Shown: one piece after another, positions 1 through 9,896 of the stretch | Layout of the letters: each line of letters opens with the position of its first letter | How positions within the stretch are numbered: position 1 is the stretch's first letter | DNA from: an uncultured Chloroflexia bacterium | Lineage (GTDB): Bacteria > Chloroflexota > Limnocylindria > Limnocylindrales > CSP1-4 | DNA length: 64,000 bases | NCBI GenBank assembly: GCA_963819655.1 | Contig: CAWFXA010000003.1 | Span: 640,001 to 704,000, forward strand | Direction of reading: 5' to 3' | The notes under the pieces: model-generated | The model's database searches: none | Told to the model about the DNA's origin: nothing | Seen by the model: only the letters and a program-made list of their open reading frames with translations | Position numbers and translations under genes: made by a program

Positions 1-1017
1 GTCGTACAGCCGCGGCCACGGATGTTCCGCGAGCAGGTCGGCGGCCTCGCGGTGACCGCGCAGACCGGCGTAGTCGTCCCACATCCACGGGAAGATGTGC
101 TCGGCCGTGAAATAGCCCTCCCTCGTCACCTCCTCCGGCAGGAGGCGGTCGGCGGACCAGCGGGTCGGGACCCCATCCGCGTACGACGATTCGTGGAGCG
201 TGGCGTAGATCGGGTTCCGGTCGAATCTGACCCCAGCGGCGGCATCGTCGAGGAAGGCCGTCGACCCGAACGGCAGCTCGACGACGTGATGCAGGAGCTC
301 GAAGCCGGCGCTGTCTCCGAGCCACATCCCAAGCTGGCGGAACCGTCGTGCGGTCAGGCGGTCTCCGTTCGGCAGCCGCACGTCCTCGCCGTCGAGCCGG
401 CGGAGGATCTCGCTCACACGCTGGCGGTCACCCGGGTATCGGTCGAAATAGCGCCGGTTCTGCACGATCAATCGTCGATAGGTCGCGCCGTAGATGTCAT
501 CGACGTCCCGCCCGATCGGTGACAGGCCACCCGTGATGAAGGCCTCGCGCAGCCCATGGGGAGCGATCGACAGGTAAGACATCGATGTGAACCCGCCAAA
601 GCTCTGGCCGAGGACACTCCACTGCTCGACCCCGAGCTCCCGCCGGATGGCCTCGCAGTCGCGGACGATCGAATCGGCTCGGAAATGGGTCAGGTAGTCG
701 GCCTGTGCCTGCGGGGTATCACCCGGGATCGTGGGTCCAACCGGCGTCGACCGACCGGTGCCGCGCTGATCGAGCAACAACACGCGATAGTCCTGCAGCG
801 CGCGCTTCATCCAGCCCGTGGGCGGGCTGGTGGGTCGCGTCGCTTCGAAGCCGGGACCGCCCTGGAGGAAGACGAGGTACGGGTGGTCGCCACCGTCCGG
901 CGAGGCCACCTCGCGGGTGAAGACCGTGATCCGCGCCCCATCGGGCGCGCCGTGATCCAGCGGGACCTGGTGCTCGCGCTCCTCGAAGACCGCGCCGGGC
1001 GCCCGGTAGATGGTCAT
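1..1017 (-). CDS. Proline iminopeptidase-like alpha/beta hydrolase (runs off the left edge; absent from the ORF track)
   Basis: Manual translation from ATG 1017: MTIYRAPGAVFEEREHQVPLDH...YLVFLQGGPGFE...LLDQRGTGRS...VLGQSFGG (GxSxG nucleophile motif); ATGA overlap with the upstream HD gene stop. Confidence 0.85.
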   Translation of the reverse strand, partial: MTIYRAPGAVFEEREHQVPLDHGAPDGARITVFTREVASPDGGDHPYLVFLQGGPGFEATRPTSPPTGWMKRALQDYRVLLLDQRGTGRSTPVGPTIPGDTPQAQADYLTHFRADSIVRDCEAIRRELGVEQWSVLGQSFGGFTSMSYLSIAPHGLREAFITGGLSPIGRDVDDIYGATYRRLIVQNRRYFDRYPGDRQRVSEILRRLDGEDVRLPNGDRLTARRFRQLGMWLGDSAGFELLHHVVELPFGSTAFLDDAAAGVRFDRNPIYATLHESSYADGVPTRWSADRLLPEEVTREGYFTAEHIFPWMWDDYAGLRGHREAADLLAEHPWPRLYD

Positions 1018-1634
1018 CCTGGAGTCGCCCATGGCGATCGCGCCATCGAGCCCTCGAGATCGCTCTCGTTCAGGAGCCGCGCGCTCTGACAGGTCGGGCG
1101 GACCGCGGCCTCGCGACGGATCGCGCGCAGGAAATGCCGATCGAACGGCCCGCGTGGGTACTTGCGCAGCACCGAGGCGCGCACGCCCTCGATCACGTCG
1201 AACTCGACACCGCGCACGTCGACCGCGGTCGCCCGGTCGAGCAGCAACGCTTCGATTCCATCCTCGGGTGTCACTCGCGGCTGCATATGGAGGATGATCG
1301 CGCTGGCTGCTCGGTCGGCGGCCTCCGCCGACATCCCCTGGTCCTCGAGGAATCGGCGCGCGATCTCCGCACCCTCGACCTCGAAGCACATCGTGTTCCG
1401 CGGGATCCGGGTGAGCCCGACGTCGTGGAACAGGGCGGCGGCCCATAGAACCTGTGCATCGAACGTGCGCCCTTCCCACGCGGCGATCTGTGTGCCCCAG
1501 CAGTACGACCGGACGGAATGCGTGAACAGGTAGCGCGGGAGCGTCGACTGCGCCCAGCGCCATGTCTCGGCGGAGATCGCGTCCTGGGGCACCGGAAGAC
1601 CGGCGATCGAGCTCGGCAGCGGCGTCGCACGCAT
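1014..1634 (-). CDS. HD-domain protein (cyanamide hydratase-like metal-dependent hydrolase)
   Basis: HSVRSY...ALFHDVG...IILH motifs; TACCAT -10 element 6 nt upstream of the ATG. Confidence 0.8.
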   Translation of the reverse strand: MRATPLPSSIAGLPVPQDAISAETWRWAQSTLPRYLFTHSVRSYCWGTQIAAWEGRTFDAQVLWAAALFHDVGLTRIPRNTMCFEVEGAEIARRFLEDQGMSAEAADRAASAIILHMQPRVTPEDGIEALLLDRATAVDVRGVEFDVIEGVRASVLRKYPRGPFDRHFLRAIRREAAVRPTCQSARLLNESDLEGSMARSPWATPG

Positions 1635-1666
1635 CCGACGATGGTAGCGGGGTCATACTTCGGCCG

Positions 1667-2017
1667 ATGGCCAGATATGAGGTCAACCCACGGGCCGTGG
1701 CCCACGCGGAGCGCCTCATCCGTGCGCGGCAGTACGTGTTGCGGAGCGATTGGGGGGAGGCGCAGCCGACCGCCGACGATGAGAACCGATACCTCGAGTC
1801 GCACACGTGGGACGAGTACGCCGAGTGGCACCTTGGTCTGACGGTCGGTGCCAACGACGGCACCAAGACGCGGTACGCCTTCGTCTGCGGCGATCTCCGC
1901 CGCGTTCACCGTTCCGGGATCATCGCGTGCCACTTCCGCGCGGCGGAATGGAGGCACAAGGAGGTCGAGCTGGCCGCGCACGACCTGCTCCAGCTCATCG
2001 ACAAGGTGAGTGCCTGA
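1667..2017 (+). CDS. Hypothetical protein (116 aa)
   Basis: MARYEVNPRAVAHAERLI...; protein-like composition; CATACT 7 nt before ATG 1667. Confidence 0.7.
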   Translation: MARYEVNPRAVAHAERLIRARQYVLRSDWGEAQPTADDENRYLESHTWDEYAEWHLGLTVGANDGTKTRYAFVCGDLRRVHRSGIIACHFRAAEWRHKEVELAAHDLLQLIDKVSA

Positions 2018-2018
2018 C

Positions 2019-2267
2019 TCAGACCGCGTCGGTCCCCGCGTCCTCGTCGCCGGAGCGTCGCTCGCCACCCTCGTCGGGCGGTTGCCAGGAATACTGGGCG
2101 TACCGGAGCTGGCGCAGTCTCAGCTCGTCCATCCGCCCCTGCTCCTCGCGGAGCAGCTCGAGGTCGCGCGCTCGCTCCTCGGCGTCGATCTCGGCCGGAT
2201 CGACCGCCGGCGCCGCGGGCTCCTCGGTGCCGCCAGCGCCGCCGAGCAGCTTCCGCAGGAACCCCAT
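2019..2267 (-). CDS. Small hypothetical protein (82 aa)
   Basis: MGFLRKLLGG N-terminus followed by an acidic helical region; packed 3 nt after the upstream gene. Confidence 0.65.
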   Translation of the reverse strand: MGFLRKLLGGAGGTEEPAAPAVDPAEIDAEERARDLELLREEQGRMDELRLRQLRYAQYSWQPPDEGGERRSGDEDAGTDAV

Positions 2268-2270
2268 GCC

Positions 2271-2993
2271 CTATTCCTGACGCAGGACGCGCGGGTCGAA
2301 CTCGAACGGGAGGACGAGGACGTACTTCCCCGAAAGTGAGCCGAATCGCGACGACGACCGGCGCCGAACGAACTGCCGGCCAAGCTCGGAGATCGACAGC
2401 GTCGAGCCGGGCGCCGGACTGACTCCCCACACGCTCGAGCCGCCATGCGGGTACAGCGGATCCTCGACGATCGCGGCCGTGACCTTGGCCCCCCTGAGCA
2501 GCGGGTCCCGCGTTGCCTTGAACCCGCTCATCACCCACGCGTGGCGCCCGCGCCAGACGAGCAGGCCGACCGGCCGGCCCGTCCTGCGCATCGCCTTGGC
2601 CGCCGTGACCATGGCCTCCTGGATCGTCGGGAAGCCGACGACCCGATATGGCCCGGCACCCATCATCGTCAGGCCGGCCGCCCACCCTCGGACGCTCGCG
2701 CCCTGCCGAACGCGACCGTTCCTCGACGGGCCGCTCCAGGCCCTGGCCAGGTTCTGAAGACGCAGTTGTGTGGAGGCGCTGCGGTCGGCGCCAGGGCGGA
2801 CCATGTTGAGCATCATCTGCATGCTCGCGCCGACACATTGGACGAGATTCGTCTGCGCGACGTAGTCAGAGCGGGCGCCGAGGTCGAGCCGGAACGCCTT
2901 CGGGGCGGCCGCCTCGGTCACCGGCGCGAATGACAGCACCAGCAACCCGGCCAATGCGAGACCAACGGACCGTTGCGCGCGCACCGACTTCAT
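2271..2993 (-). CDS. Secreted papain-fold (C39-like) cysteine peptidase
   Basis: Signal peptide-like N-terminus; QTNLVQCVGASMQM (Q...C), GRHAWVMSG (H), IVEDP (D-P) triad pattern. Confidence 0.55.
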   Translation of the reverse strand: MKSVRAQRSVGLALAGLLVLSFAPVTEAAAPKAFRLDLGARSDYVAQTNLVQCVGASMQMMLNMVRPGADRSASTQLRLQNLARAWSGPSRNGRVRQGASVRGWAAGLTMMGAGPYRVVGFPTIQEAMVTAAKAMRRTGRPVGLLVWRGRHAWVMSGFKATRDPLLRGAKVTAAIVEDPLYPHGGSSVWGVSPAPGSTLSISELGRQFVRRRSSSRFGSLSGKYVLVLPFEFDPRVLRQE

Positions 2994-3093
2994 GGAAACA
3001 CGGTACGCCAAATGCGCAATATCGGATGCGATTGAAGGTTCCTGGCGCCCCGATTGTCATGTCATCGTGATGCGACCTTCCGAGGCAGAGGCC

Positions 3094-3633
3094 ATGAGCG
3101 GCATAGAGGCGACCACGCTTGATCGACACGCTGGGCCCGCGGTCGACTTCGAGCGCTTGGCCGATGAGCATCTCGAGACCGCATATCGATTGGCCTACGC
3201 GATCCTCCACGACCCGTCCGAGGCGCAGGACGCCACCCACGACGCGTTCATCCAGGCGTGGCGGGCCTGGACGACGCTCCGAGACCCCGCCCGTTTCGAG
3301 GCGTGGTTCGACCGGATCCTTGTGAATACCTGCCGCAACAGGCTGCAGCGGCGATCCCGGTGGCAAGCGCGCGACATCTCGGACGAGGTCGTTGTCGCCT
3401 CAGGCGATCCCTTTACCCAGACCCACGACCGCGATGTCCTCGGGCCGGCTCTAGTCCAGCTCTCCCCGGACCACCGGGTCGTGGTCGCGCTCCGGTTCTA
3501 CCGGGACCTCACGGTCGATCAGATCGCGGCGCGACTGGGCATCCCCGCCGGCACGGTGCACTCCCGACTCCATTACGCCCTCCGGCACCTCCATGAGCTC
3601 ATCGACGACGAGCGCAAGGGAACCAAGCGATGA
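3094..3633 (+). CDS. ECF RNA polymerase sigma factor
   Basis: Region 2 EAQDATHDAFIQAW...FEAWFDRILVNTCR; region 4 IAARLGIPAGTVHSRLHYA. Confidence 0.9.
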   Translation: MSGIEATTLDRHAGPAVDFERLADEHLETAYRLAYAILHDPSEAQDATHDAFIQAWRAWTTLRDPARFEAWFDRILVNTCRNRLQRRSRWQARDISDEVVVASGDPFTQTHDRDVLGPALVQLSPDHRVVVALRFYRDLTVDQIAARLGIPAGTVHSRLHYALRHLHELIDDERKGTKR

Positions 3634-5054
3634 ACGAGCAAGACCTGGACCTCGAGCCGCAGCTGCGCGCGTGGTATCGCGCAGAGGTCGACGCGATCCC
3701 GATGCCCGATCAGCTCCGACGCGATGTGCGCGCGGTGCCGAGCCGGTTTGCGCGCGTGGAGCCGCGGATCGGCCGCACCGGGCTGACGCTCCTTGCCGCT
3801 GCGGCCCTCGTGACGCTGGTCGGTGGCGCCGTTCTGTCCGGCACCCGTCCTGCCCCCTCCCCTACGCCGAGCGACCTGGCGGTCGCACCCTCCGTCGATC
3901 CGTTCGCGGCCCCGCCGACCTCGACGATCGTGGCGATCGACCCGACGTGGCGTCCCGCCGGGGCCATGGCATCCGGGCGCTCCGTGCACACCGCGACGCT
4001 TTTGCCCGACGGACGCATCCTTGTCGTCGGTGGCACATCCGTCGACCGCGGGGTGCTCTCGGCCGCCGAGGTCTGGGACCCGGCGACGCGATCCTTCTCT
4101 TCCGCCGGCAACGCGATCTCGGCGCGGATCGGACATGCGGCGACGCTCCTGCTCGACGGCCGCGTCTTCATCGTCGGCGGCGATGCCGAAGGGGGTAAGA
4201 CGGCGGAGACCTGGGATCCGGCCACCGGCACGTTCTCTGCGGCCGGCACCATGACGGCGCTCCGTAAGGGGGGCCTGAGCGCAACGACGCTTCCGAGTGG
4301 TCGTGTCCTCGTCATCGGCGCCATCGAGTGCAGTTACTTCGTCAAGACCCTGCCGCGGTGCCAGGAGGCGGACAGGGGATCATCGGAGATCTGGGACCCG
4401 GCAACGAACGACTTCACCCGCGGCCCGAAGGTCCATATCGATCGAGACTGGCATACCGCGACGCTCCTTCCCGACGGACGCGTGCTGGTCGTTGGTGGCA
4501 CGGGTCTCGCAAGTGACACACCGGAGTCCGCCGAGGTGTGGGATCCGACGTCCGGAGGGTTCACGGAGGTCGACGAGCCGCTGGAGTACCGCGCCGACAG
4601 CCACACCGCCACCCTGATGCCCGATGGCCGCGTCCTGATCGCCGGCGGCGGCACCATGAGTCTCGAGGACGAGACGTCGGGCGGGTCGCTCGCCTCGGCC
4701 GAGCTCTGGGACCCGGTCACGGAGGCCTTCGAACCGGCGGGCAGCATGGCCGAGATCCGGAGCAGGCACCAGGCGGCACGTCTGCCAGACGGTCGCGTGC
4801 TTGTCACGGGAGGAAGCGCCGCGCGCTTCACGGACGTGATAGATGACGCCTACGCGTCGACCGAGTTTTGGGATCCCGCCACGCAGACCTTCAGTGCGGG
4901 GCCCTCGATGATCCACGCACGTCGAAGCTTCACTCTGACCGTGCTCCAGGACGGGAGCGTCGTGGTCATCGGCGGCTGGTCGCGCACGGAGGCCGCCGAG
5001 ATCGTGACGGAGGTCGCGACGGCGGAGATCTGGGGCGCGCCGGTCAGTCCCTAG
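3630..5054 (+). CDS. Single-TM protein with a 7-bladed kelch beta-propeller (putative anti-sigma factor)
   Basis: ATGA overlap with the sigma gene; one hydrophobic helix, Pro/Ser/Thr linker, seven R..HTATLLPDGRVLVxGG...AExWDP-type repeats. Confidence 0.85.
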   Translation: MNEQDLDLEPQLRAWYRAEVDAIPMPDQLRRDVRAVPSRFARVEPRIGRTGLTLLAAAALVTLVGGAVLSGTRPAPSPTPSDLAVAPSVDPFAAPPTSTIVAIDPTWRPAGAMASGRSVHTATLLPDGRILVVGGTSVDRGVLSAAEVWDPATRSFSSAGNAISARIGHAATLLLDGRVFIVGGDAEGGKTAETWDPATGTFSAAGTMTALRKGGLSATTLPSGRVLVIGAIECSYFVKTLPRCQEADRGSSEIWDPATNDFTRGPKVHIDRDWHTATLLPDGRVLVVGGTGLASDTPESAEVWDPTSGGFTEVDEPLEYRADSHTATLMPDGRVLIAGGGTMSLEDETSGGSLASAELWDPVTEAFEPAGSMAEIRSRHQAARLPDGRVLVTGGSAARFTDVIDDAYASTEFWDPATQTFSAGPSMIHARRSFTLTVLQDGSVVVIGGWSRTEAAEIVTEVATAEIWGAPVSP

Positions 5055-5089
5055 GCCCGGGTCCATCCATCCGGCGGTACAGTCAAGCG

Positions 5090-6253
5090 GTGACATCGAC
5101 CCGCGGACCATCGCCGCTCGGCGCGGCTCTCACGCTGCAGGACTTCGAGATGGAGCCCTACGCCGAGCTGGCGCGCCTGCGCGAGCGCGAGCCCGTGTCG
5201 TGGGTCCCGGTCCTCGACGGCTGGGTGGTAACACGGCGTGACCTGTGCATCGACGTTATGCGCGACGCCGCACGATTCACGGTCGACGATCCGCGCTTCT
5301 CGACGGCCCGTGTGGTCGGCCCGAGCATGCTGTCCCTCGACGGCGAGGAGCATCGGCGCCATCGCGACCCCTTCGCGGCAGCCTTCCGTCGAGCGGACGT
5401 CATGGAACGGTTCGCCCAGCGAGTGGAGAGCGAGGCCCTTGATCTTGTCGGTGCGCTGACCCCGACGGGCAGCGCCGAAGTGCGTCGCGAGCTGGCCGGT
5501 CCCCTGGCGGTTCGCGTCGTCGCGGCCGCGCTCGAGCTCATCGACGTCGAGCCGACGGTCGTTCTCGGCTGGTACGACGAGATCGTGGCCGCCGTGGATC
5601 GCGTGTCGGCCGGTGGCGAGATCGGACAGCGCGCGCCTGAGGCGGTGGCTGCCCTGGACCGGCATGTCGGCGCGACGATCGGCCACCGACACGGTGTCCT
5701 GCACAGGGCGACGGCGACGCTCTCGCAGACGGAGGTCGTGTCCAACGCCGCCGTGATGATGTTCGGCGGCATCGAGACGAGTGAGGGCATGACGACCTCG
5801 CTGTTCTGGCACGTGCTGACGACGCCGGGCGCGCTCGACGCCGTCATGACCGACCGCTCGCTGATCGCGAACGCGGTCGAGGAATCCTTGCGGCTCGAGC
5901 CCGCGGCGGCCCGCGTCGACCGCTACGCGACGGCCGATGTAGAGCTCGGTGGGGCGTCTATCCGCCGCGGCGATCTCGTCATCGCGTCACTGACGGCGGC
6001 CAATCGCGACCCGCAAACGTTCCCGGACCCGGACGCGTTCGACATCGCGCGACCGAACGCCCGCTCGCACGTCGCTTTCGCGCAGGGACCGCACGCGTGC
6101 GTCGGGCTGCACCTGGCACGCCTCGAGACGCAGGCCGCCCTCGAGTCCGCGCTGGATGGCTGGCCGGGACTCAGGCTCCAGGACGGCGCCACCGCCCCGA
6201 CCGGCGTCGTGTTCCGCAAGCCTCGCTCGTTACCGGTCGCCTGGGACGCCTGA
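5090..6253 (+). CDS. Cytochrome P450
   Basis: GGIETS I-helix, EESLR (ExxR), FAQGPHACVG heme-ligand motif. Confidence 0.92.
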   Translation: MTSTRGPSPLGAALTLQDFEMEPYAELARLREREPVSWVPVLDGWVVTRRDLCIDVMRDAARFTVDDPRFSTARVVGPSMLSLDGEEHRRHRDPFAAAFRRADVMERFAQRVESEALDLVGALTPTGSAEVRRELAGPLAVRVVAAALELIDVEPTVVLGWYDEIVAAVDRVSAGGEIGQRAPEAVAALDRHVGATIGHRHGVLHRATATLSQTEVVSNAAVMMFGGIETSEGMTTSLFWHVLTTPGALDAVMTDRSLIANAVEESLRLEPAAARVDRYATADVELGGASIRRGDLVIASLTAANRDPQTFPDPDAFDIARPNARSHVAFAQGPHACVGLHLARLETQAALESALDGWPGLRLQDGATAPTGVVFRKPRSLPVAWDA

Positions 6254-6643
6254 CTAGAAGTCCCGACGACCCTCGAAACTCGCCTCGACACCCGGGCGCG
6301 TTCGCTCGTAGATCGCGAGTCGCTGGCCGCCAGGTCCGGCGAACGAGCGCACCGGGCCTTGTGGGATCTCCAGGCCGTGGCCCTCGTCCCAGCCTCGCGA
6401 CCGGAGTTCCGTTCGCACCCGCTCGAGGTCATCGACGCGATAGACGAGGATCGGTCGATCGCCCTCGAGGTGGTCGGCGAGCAGGATGCGCGGCGGGCCC
6501 TCGGTCAGCTCGATCATCGCGACGCGGGTGCCCATCCCATCGATCGCAAAGATCAGCCGTCCGCCGAGGACCTCGGTGAAGTACGCGACGTCAGCGGGCA
6601 CGTCCCGGCTGGGCATGTAGACGTAGTCGAGCGCTTCGAACAT
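6254..6643 (-). CDS. VOC/glyoxalase family protein
   Basis: LDYVYMPSRDV..YFTEVLGG; YRVDDL; GPGGQRLAIYE. Confidence 0.85.
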   Translation of the reverse strand: MFEALDYVYMPSRDVPADVAYFTEVLGGRLIFAIDGMGTRVAMIELTEGPPRILLADHLEGDRPILVYRVDDLERVRTELRSRGWDEGHGLEIPQGPVRSFAGPGGQRLAIYERTRPGVEASFEGRRDF

Positions 6644-6672
6644 CGGTGCCAGCGTACTGCCGTCCTATCGAT

Positions 6673-8055
6673 TCACATCGGTGGCGGCTGCCACCCGCCC
6701 GACGCCGACTCGACGATCCGGGCCGCTGCGAGCGCGACATCGTCGCGCCACGGCCCGGCGACCAGCTGCACGCCGATCGGGAGACCCTCCGGTGATGTCC
6801 CGCCACGGACGACGACGGCCGGCCAGCCGGTCAGGTTGTGGACGTCGCTGTAGGTGTCCCCGAACCAGTCGGCCGTGCTCTCACCGTGGCGGATCGCGGG
6901 CTGCGGCATCGCCGGGCACACGATCACATCGACGTTACGCATCCAGGTGGACAGTCGGGCCCGGATCGCATCCGCACGCTCGACCAGGGCCGTCAGCTGG
7001 TCGCCGGGTAGCGCCGGGCCGACCGTCACCCAGCCGCGCCTGTCGTACGAGCCCATGCCGGCGGTGCCCGCCTCGGTGATGAGGCGCTGGAGCCACGCGA
7101 ACCCGTCCGCGCGGATGAGGGCGTCCCAAGCCGCCCAGGCCTCGCCCAGCCCCGGCGGCAGCCGCTCCTCGACGGTCGCGCCGGCGTCGGCCAGGCTCCG
7201 CGCAGCCGACTGCACGGCTGTCACGGTCTCCCGTGTGGGAGTCCGGATCGCGTTGTCGGTGAAGGTCACGATCCGGAGCGAGGCGAGATCCACGTCCCCG
7301 CGACGCCCGAGAGCGACAGGGGCGATGTGCGGGTCCTCCCCATCCGGACCGACGATGATCGGCAGCACGAGCTCGAGGTCCTCGACGCGACGGGCGATCG
7401 GTCCGAGCTGCGTGAACGATTCGAAGAGGCCGCCGAACCCCGGCCAGTGACCCGTCCGCGGCACGCGACCGCTGGTCGGTTTGATCCCTGCCACTCCACA
7501 GACGTGGGCGGGTTGCCGGATGCTGTCCCCGGTGTCGCTGCCGATGTCGAACGGGGATCCGCCGGCGGCCACGATGGCGGCCGCTCCCCCGCTGCTGCCG
7601 CCCGGCGTTCGCGCGACGTCGTACGGGTTCGACGTGCGTCCATAGACGTCGTTGTCGGTCTCGTCGGACCAGGTGAATTCGGGTGTGTTCGTCTTGCCGA
7701 GCAGGATCGCGCCCGCGGTCTTGAGTCGCGCCACGACCGTCGCGTCCCGGGCAGGGACACGCTGCCGCCACCCAACGGTCCCGGCCGTCGTCACGACGCC
7801 CGCCGTGTCGAAGGAATCCTTGATCGTGAAGGGGACGCCGTGGAGCGGTCCGAGGACCATTCCGGCCGCCCGCGTGGCATCCGCCTCGCGCGCCAGGTCC
7901 ATCGCATCATCGGCGAATCGCACGACAGCGTTGATCCGGGGGTTCACCTCGGCGATCCGATCGAGACACGCTGAGACGATGTCCACGGACGACGCCCGAC
8001 CCGAGCGGATCGTCTCAGCCAGCTGCGTCGCGGACAGCGCGGCGAGGTCGTCCAC
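6673..8055 (-). CDS. Amidase-signature family amidase
   Basis: GPLHGVPFTIKD, PGGSSGG, GSDTGDSIRQPA (Lys-cisSer-Ser triad). Confidence 0.92.
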   Translation of the reverse strand: MDDLAALSATQLAETIRSGRASSVDIVSACLDRIAEVNPRINAVVRFADDAMDLAREADATRAAGMVLGPLHGVPFTIKDSFDTAGVVTTAGTVGWRQRVPARDATVVARLKTAGAILLGKTNTPEFTWSDETDNDVYGRTSNPYDVARTPGGSSGGAAAIVAAGGSPFDIGSDTGDSIRQPAHVCGVAGIKPTSGRVPRTGHWPGFGGLFESFTQLGPIARRVEDLELVLPIIVGPDGEDPHIAPVALGRRGDVDLASLRIVTFTDNAIRTPTRETVTAVQSAARSLADAGATVEERLPPGLGEAWAAWDALIRADGFAWLQRLITEAGTAGMGSYDRRGWVTVGPALPGDQLTALVERADAIRARLSTWMRNVDVIVCPAMPQPAIRHGESTADWFGDTYSDVHNLTGWPAVVVRGGTSPEGLPIGVQLVAGPWRDDVALAAARIVESASGGWQPPPM

Positions 8056-8072
8056 GGGTCAGCGTCCCTCGA

Positions 8073-8627
8073 TCACCATACGTCGCCCGGTCGCCATTCG
8101 CAGCTGATCGGTGCACTGATGTCGAGCTCGGGCGATGTCGGAGTGGGAAGCACGAGGATGGACCCATCGTCGCCCGCCGTCCGCACGAGGCCGTCTCGGG
8201 TCCGGACTGAGGTGGGCCCGCGCCACGTGAGCCAGCCGAGCCGCTCGTAGAAATGATGCGCACCTGTGCCGAGCCCCCCGAGCTCGAAACCGTCGCGAAT
8301 GTAGCCCGTCGCGTCACGCATCACGATGGTCCCGTGACCCCGACCCTGGAGCGCCGGGTCGGTGGCGACAGCCTCGACGTACCCGGTCCGCAACGGCCGA
8401 TCGGCGATACGGAGCTCGCGCTCGACGACCGATGCGTGCGACACGATCCGGCCGTCGATCTCCAGTACGACGTGCGTGCCGCCGAGAGCGTGCTCCCAAT
8501 CATCCTCGGTGAAGCCGTCCTCGCCGGGCGGGAACGCCGCCCACAGCAGGTCGCGGAGTGCCGCGATCTCGCGTGGGGTCAGGTCCGCCGTGGGAATGCG
8601 CCGAAGACCGCTCCCTGCGCCCGTCAC
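8073..8627 (-). CDS. GNAT acetyltransferase, aminoglycoside 2'-N-acetyltransferase AAC(2')-I-like
   Basis: FTEDDWEHALGGTH, GYVEAVA, WRGPTSV, CEWRPGDVW match my recollection of mycobacterial AAC(2')-Ic motifs. Confidence 0.8.
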   Translation of the reverse strand: MTGAGSGLRRIPTADLTPREIAALRDLLWAAFPPGEDGFTEDDWEHALGGTHVVLEIDGRIVSHASVVERELRIADRPLRTGYVEAVATDPALQGRGHGTIVMRDATGYIRDGFELGGLGTGAHHFYERLGWLTWRGPTSVRTRDGLVRTAGDDGSILVLPTPTSPELDISAPISCEWRPGDVW

Positions 8628-8636
8628 TGTCCTCGC

Positions 8637-9161
8637 CTACGCCGCAAATCGCCACCGGGTCGCGCCGTGGGGTTCGGCGCCCGCGACCCCATAGACCGTG
8701 TCGTACCCGAGCCGGTAGAGGTTCCACGGCGGCGGCCCGGCGCTCGGGGCACTGAACGGGGCCGTCAGCGCGTCGCCTTCGACGGTCGCCGGCCAGCCGC
8801 CTTCGTTGTACTTCTTCGCGAGGGCGTCGAGCGTCGGGCGATCGGTCACCCGGGCCACGCCGCCTTCGAAGACGAGATCGATGCCGCTCAAGCTGACGGA
8901 GATGGTCGCCGCTGGATTGCTCGCGAGGTCGCGCGACTTCCGCGTCGCGTCACCGCTGGTGAAGTACAGGTCGCCGTCGTACCACATCGCACCGACCCCT
9001 GCGGCGTGTGGCCGTCCGTCGCTCCGGGCGGTCCCGAGGAACCAAGTCACGAGCGCCGACGGGTCGAGCGCCTCCAGCACATTCCGCGCCCGGCTCCACG
9101 GCAGTGCCTCGTTCCCATAGCGGTCGAGGTTGGTCGTCTCGATGGGATCTCGTTCGGTCAC
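8637..9161 (-). CDS. Pyridoxamine 5'-phosphate oxidase-like split-barrel (FDOR-B-like) protein
   Basis: WFLGTARSDGRPH, LYFTS..TRKSRDLASNP; GTGA overlap with the upstream stop. Confidence 0.8.
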   Translation of the reverse strand: MTERDPIETTNLDRYGNEALPWSRARNVLEALDPSALVTWFLGTARSDGRPHAAGVGAMWYDGDLYFTSGDATRKSRDLASNPAATISVSLSGIDLVFEGGVARVTDRPTLDALAKKYNEGGWPATVEGDALTAPFSAPSAGPPPWNLYRLGYDTVYGVAGAEPHGATRWRFAA

Positions 9162-9895
9162 GGTGTCGCCGCCTTTCTCAGGCCCATGTAGTGGGCTCGC
9201 TCCTGGTCGTCGAAATGTTCGAGCGCGTAGCGCAGCGTGGTCCGCGGCATCGTCGCCGCGTGACGATCGAGGAACGCTCGCAGTCGAGCACGGTCGCTGT
9301 CGCCGGCGGCGCGCAGCGCCCACCCGATGGCCTTATGGATCAGATCCTGCTCATCGGTGAGGAGCGCCTCCGCGATGCGGAAGGTGTCGTCGACCTCGCC
9401 GCCACGGATGAACGCCATCGTCGCAAGGATCGCGGTGCGGCGCTCCCACATGTTCGATGACCGGGCGAGCTCGTCGAGCACGTCGTGCGGTTTGTCGACG
9501 AGCCACCGACCGACAACGTCCCAGGCGCCGAGGTCGACGAGGTCCCAGTCGTTGATCCGGTCGTGGCGCCGGAGATACAGCTCATAGAGCGCCCGCCGCT
9601 GCGCGTCCGGGGTGCGCTTGCCGCGGGCCTGCGTCGCCATGATGCGCACGGCGCCTGCGCGCGGTTCGTGGAAGGGTTCGTCGAGGAGCGCCTCGATCCC
9701 CGCAAGGTCCATGTCCGCGAACTCCTTGGCGAGAGCGAAGACCTGGCCCATGCGGACGCCCATGAACACATCGCCTTCGCCGTATTCACCAGGCCCGGTC
9801 TTGAAGTATCGCTTGTACTTCTGCAACTCCTCGGGCGACCGGAGAGTCTCCAGCCGCCCGAGGAATTCGCGTGCCGTGTGCGGTTCGGTCGCCAT
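9158..9895 (-). CDS. AlkD-like DNA alkylation repair protein
   Basis: GEYGEGDVFMGV, INDWDLVD, WERR, DLIHKAIGWALR. Confidence 0.88.
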   Translation of the reverse strand: MATEPHTAREFLGRLETLRSPEELQKYKRYFKTGPGEYGEGDVFMGVRMGQVFALAKEFADMDLAGIEALLDEPFHEPRAGAVRIMATQARGKRTPDAQRRALYELYLRRHDRINDWDLVDLGAWDVVGRWLVDKPHDVLDELARSSNMWERRTAILATMAFIRGGEVDDTFRIAEALLTDEQDLIHKAIGWALRAAGDSDRARLRAFLDRHAATMPRTTLRYALEHFDDQERAHYMGLRKAATP

Positions 9896-9896
9896 C

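Noticed and set aside
3940-5035. Recurring DNA motifs as a CRISPR or tandem array
   Set aside because: They are degenerate, in-frame kelch repeats of a protein
7515-7550. Amidase DTGDSIR instead of DTGGSIR
   Set aside because: The catalytic triad is intact; a single substitution is too little to claim a new function
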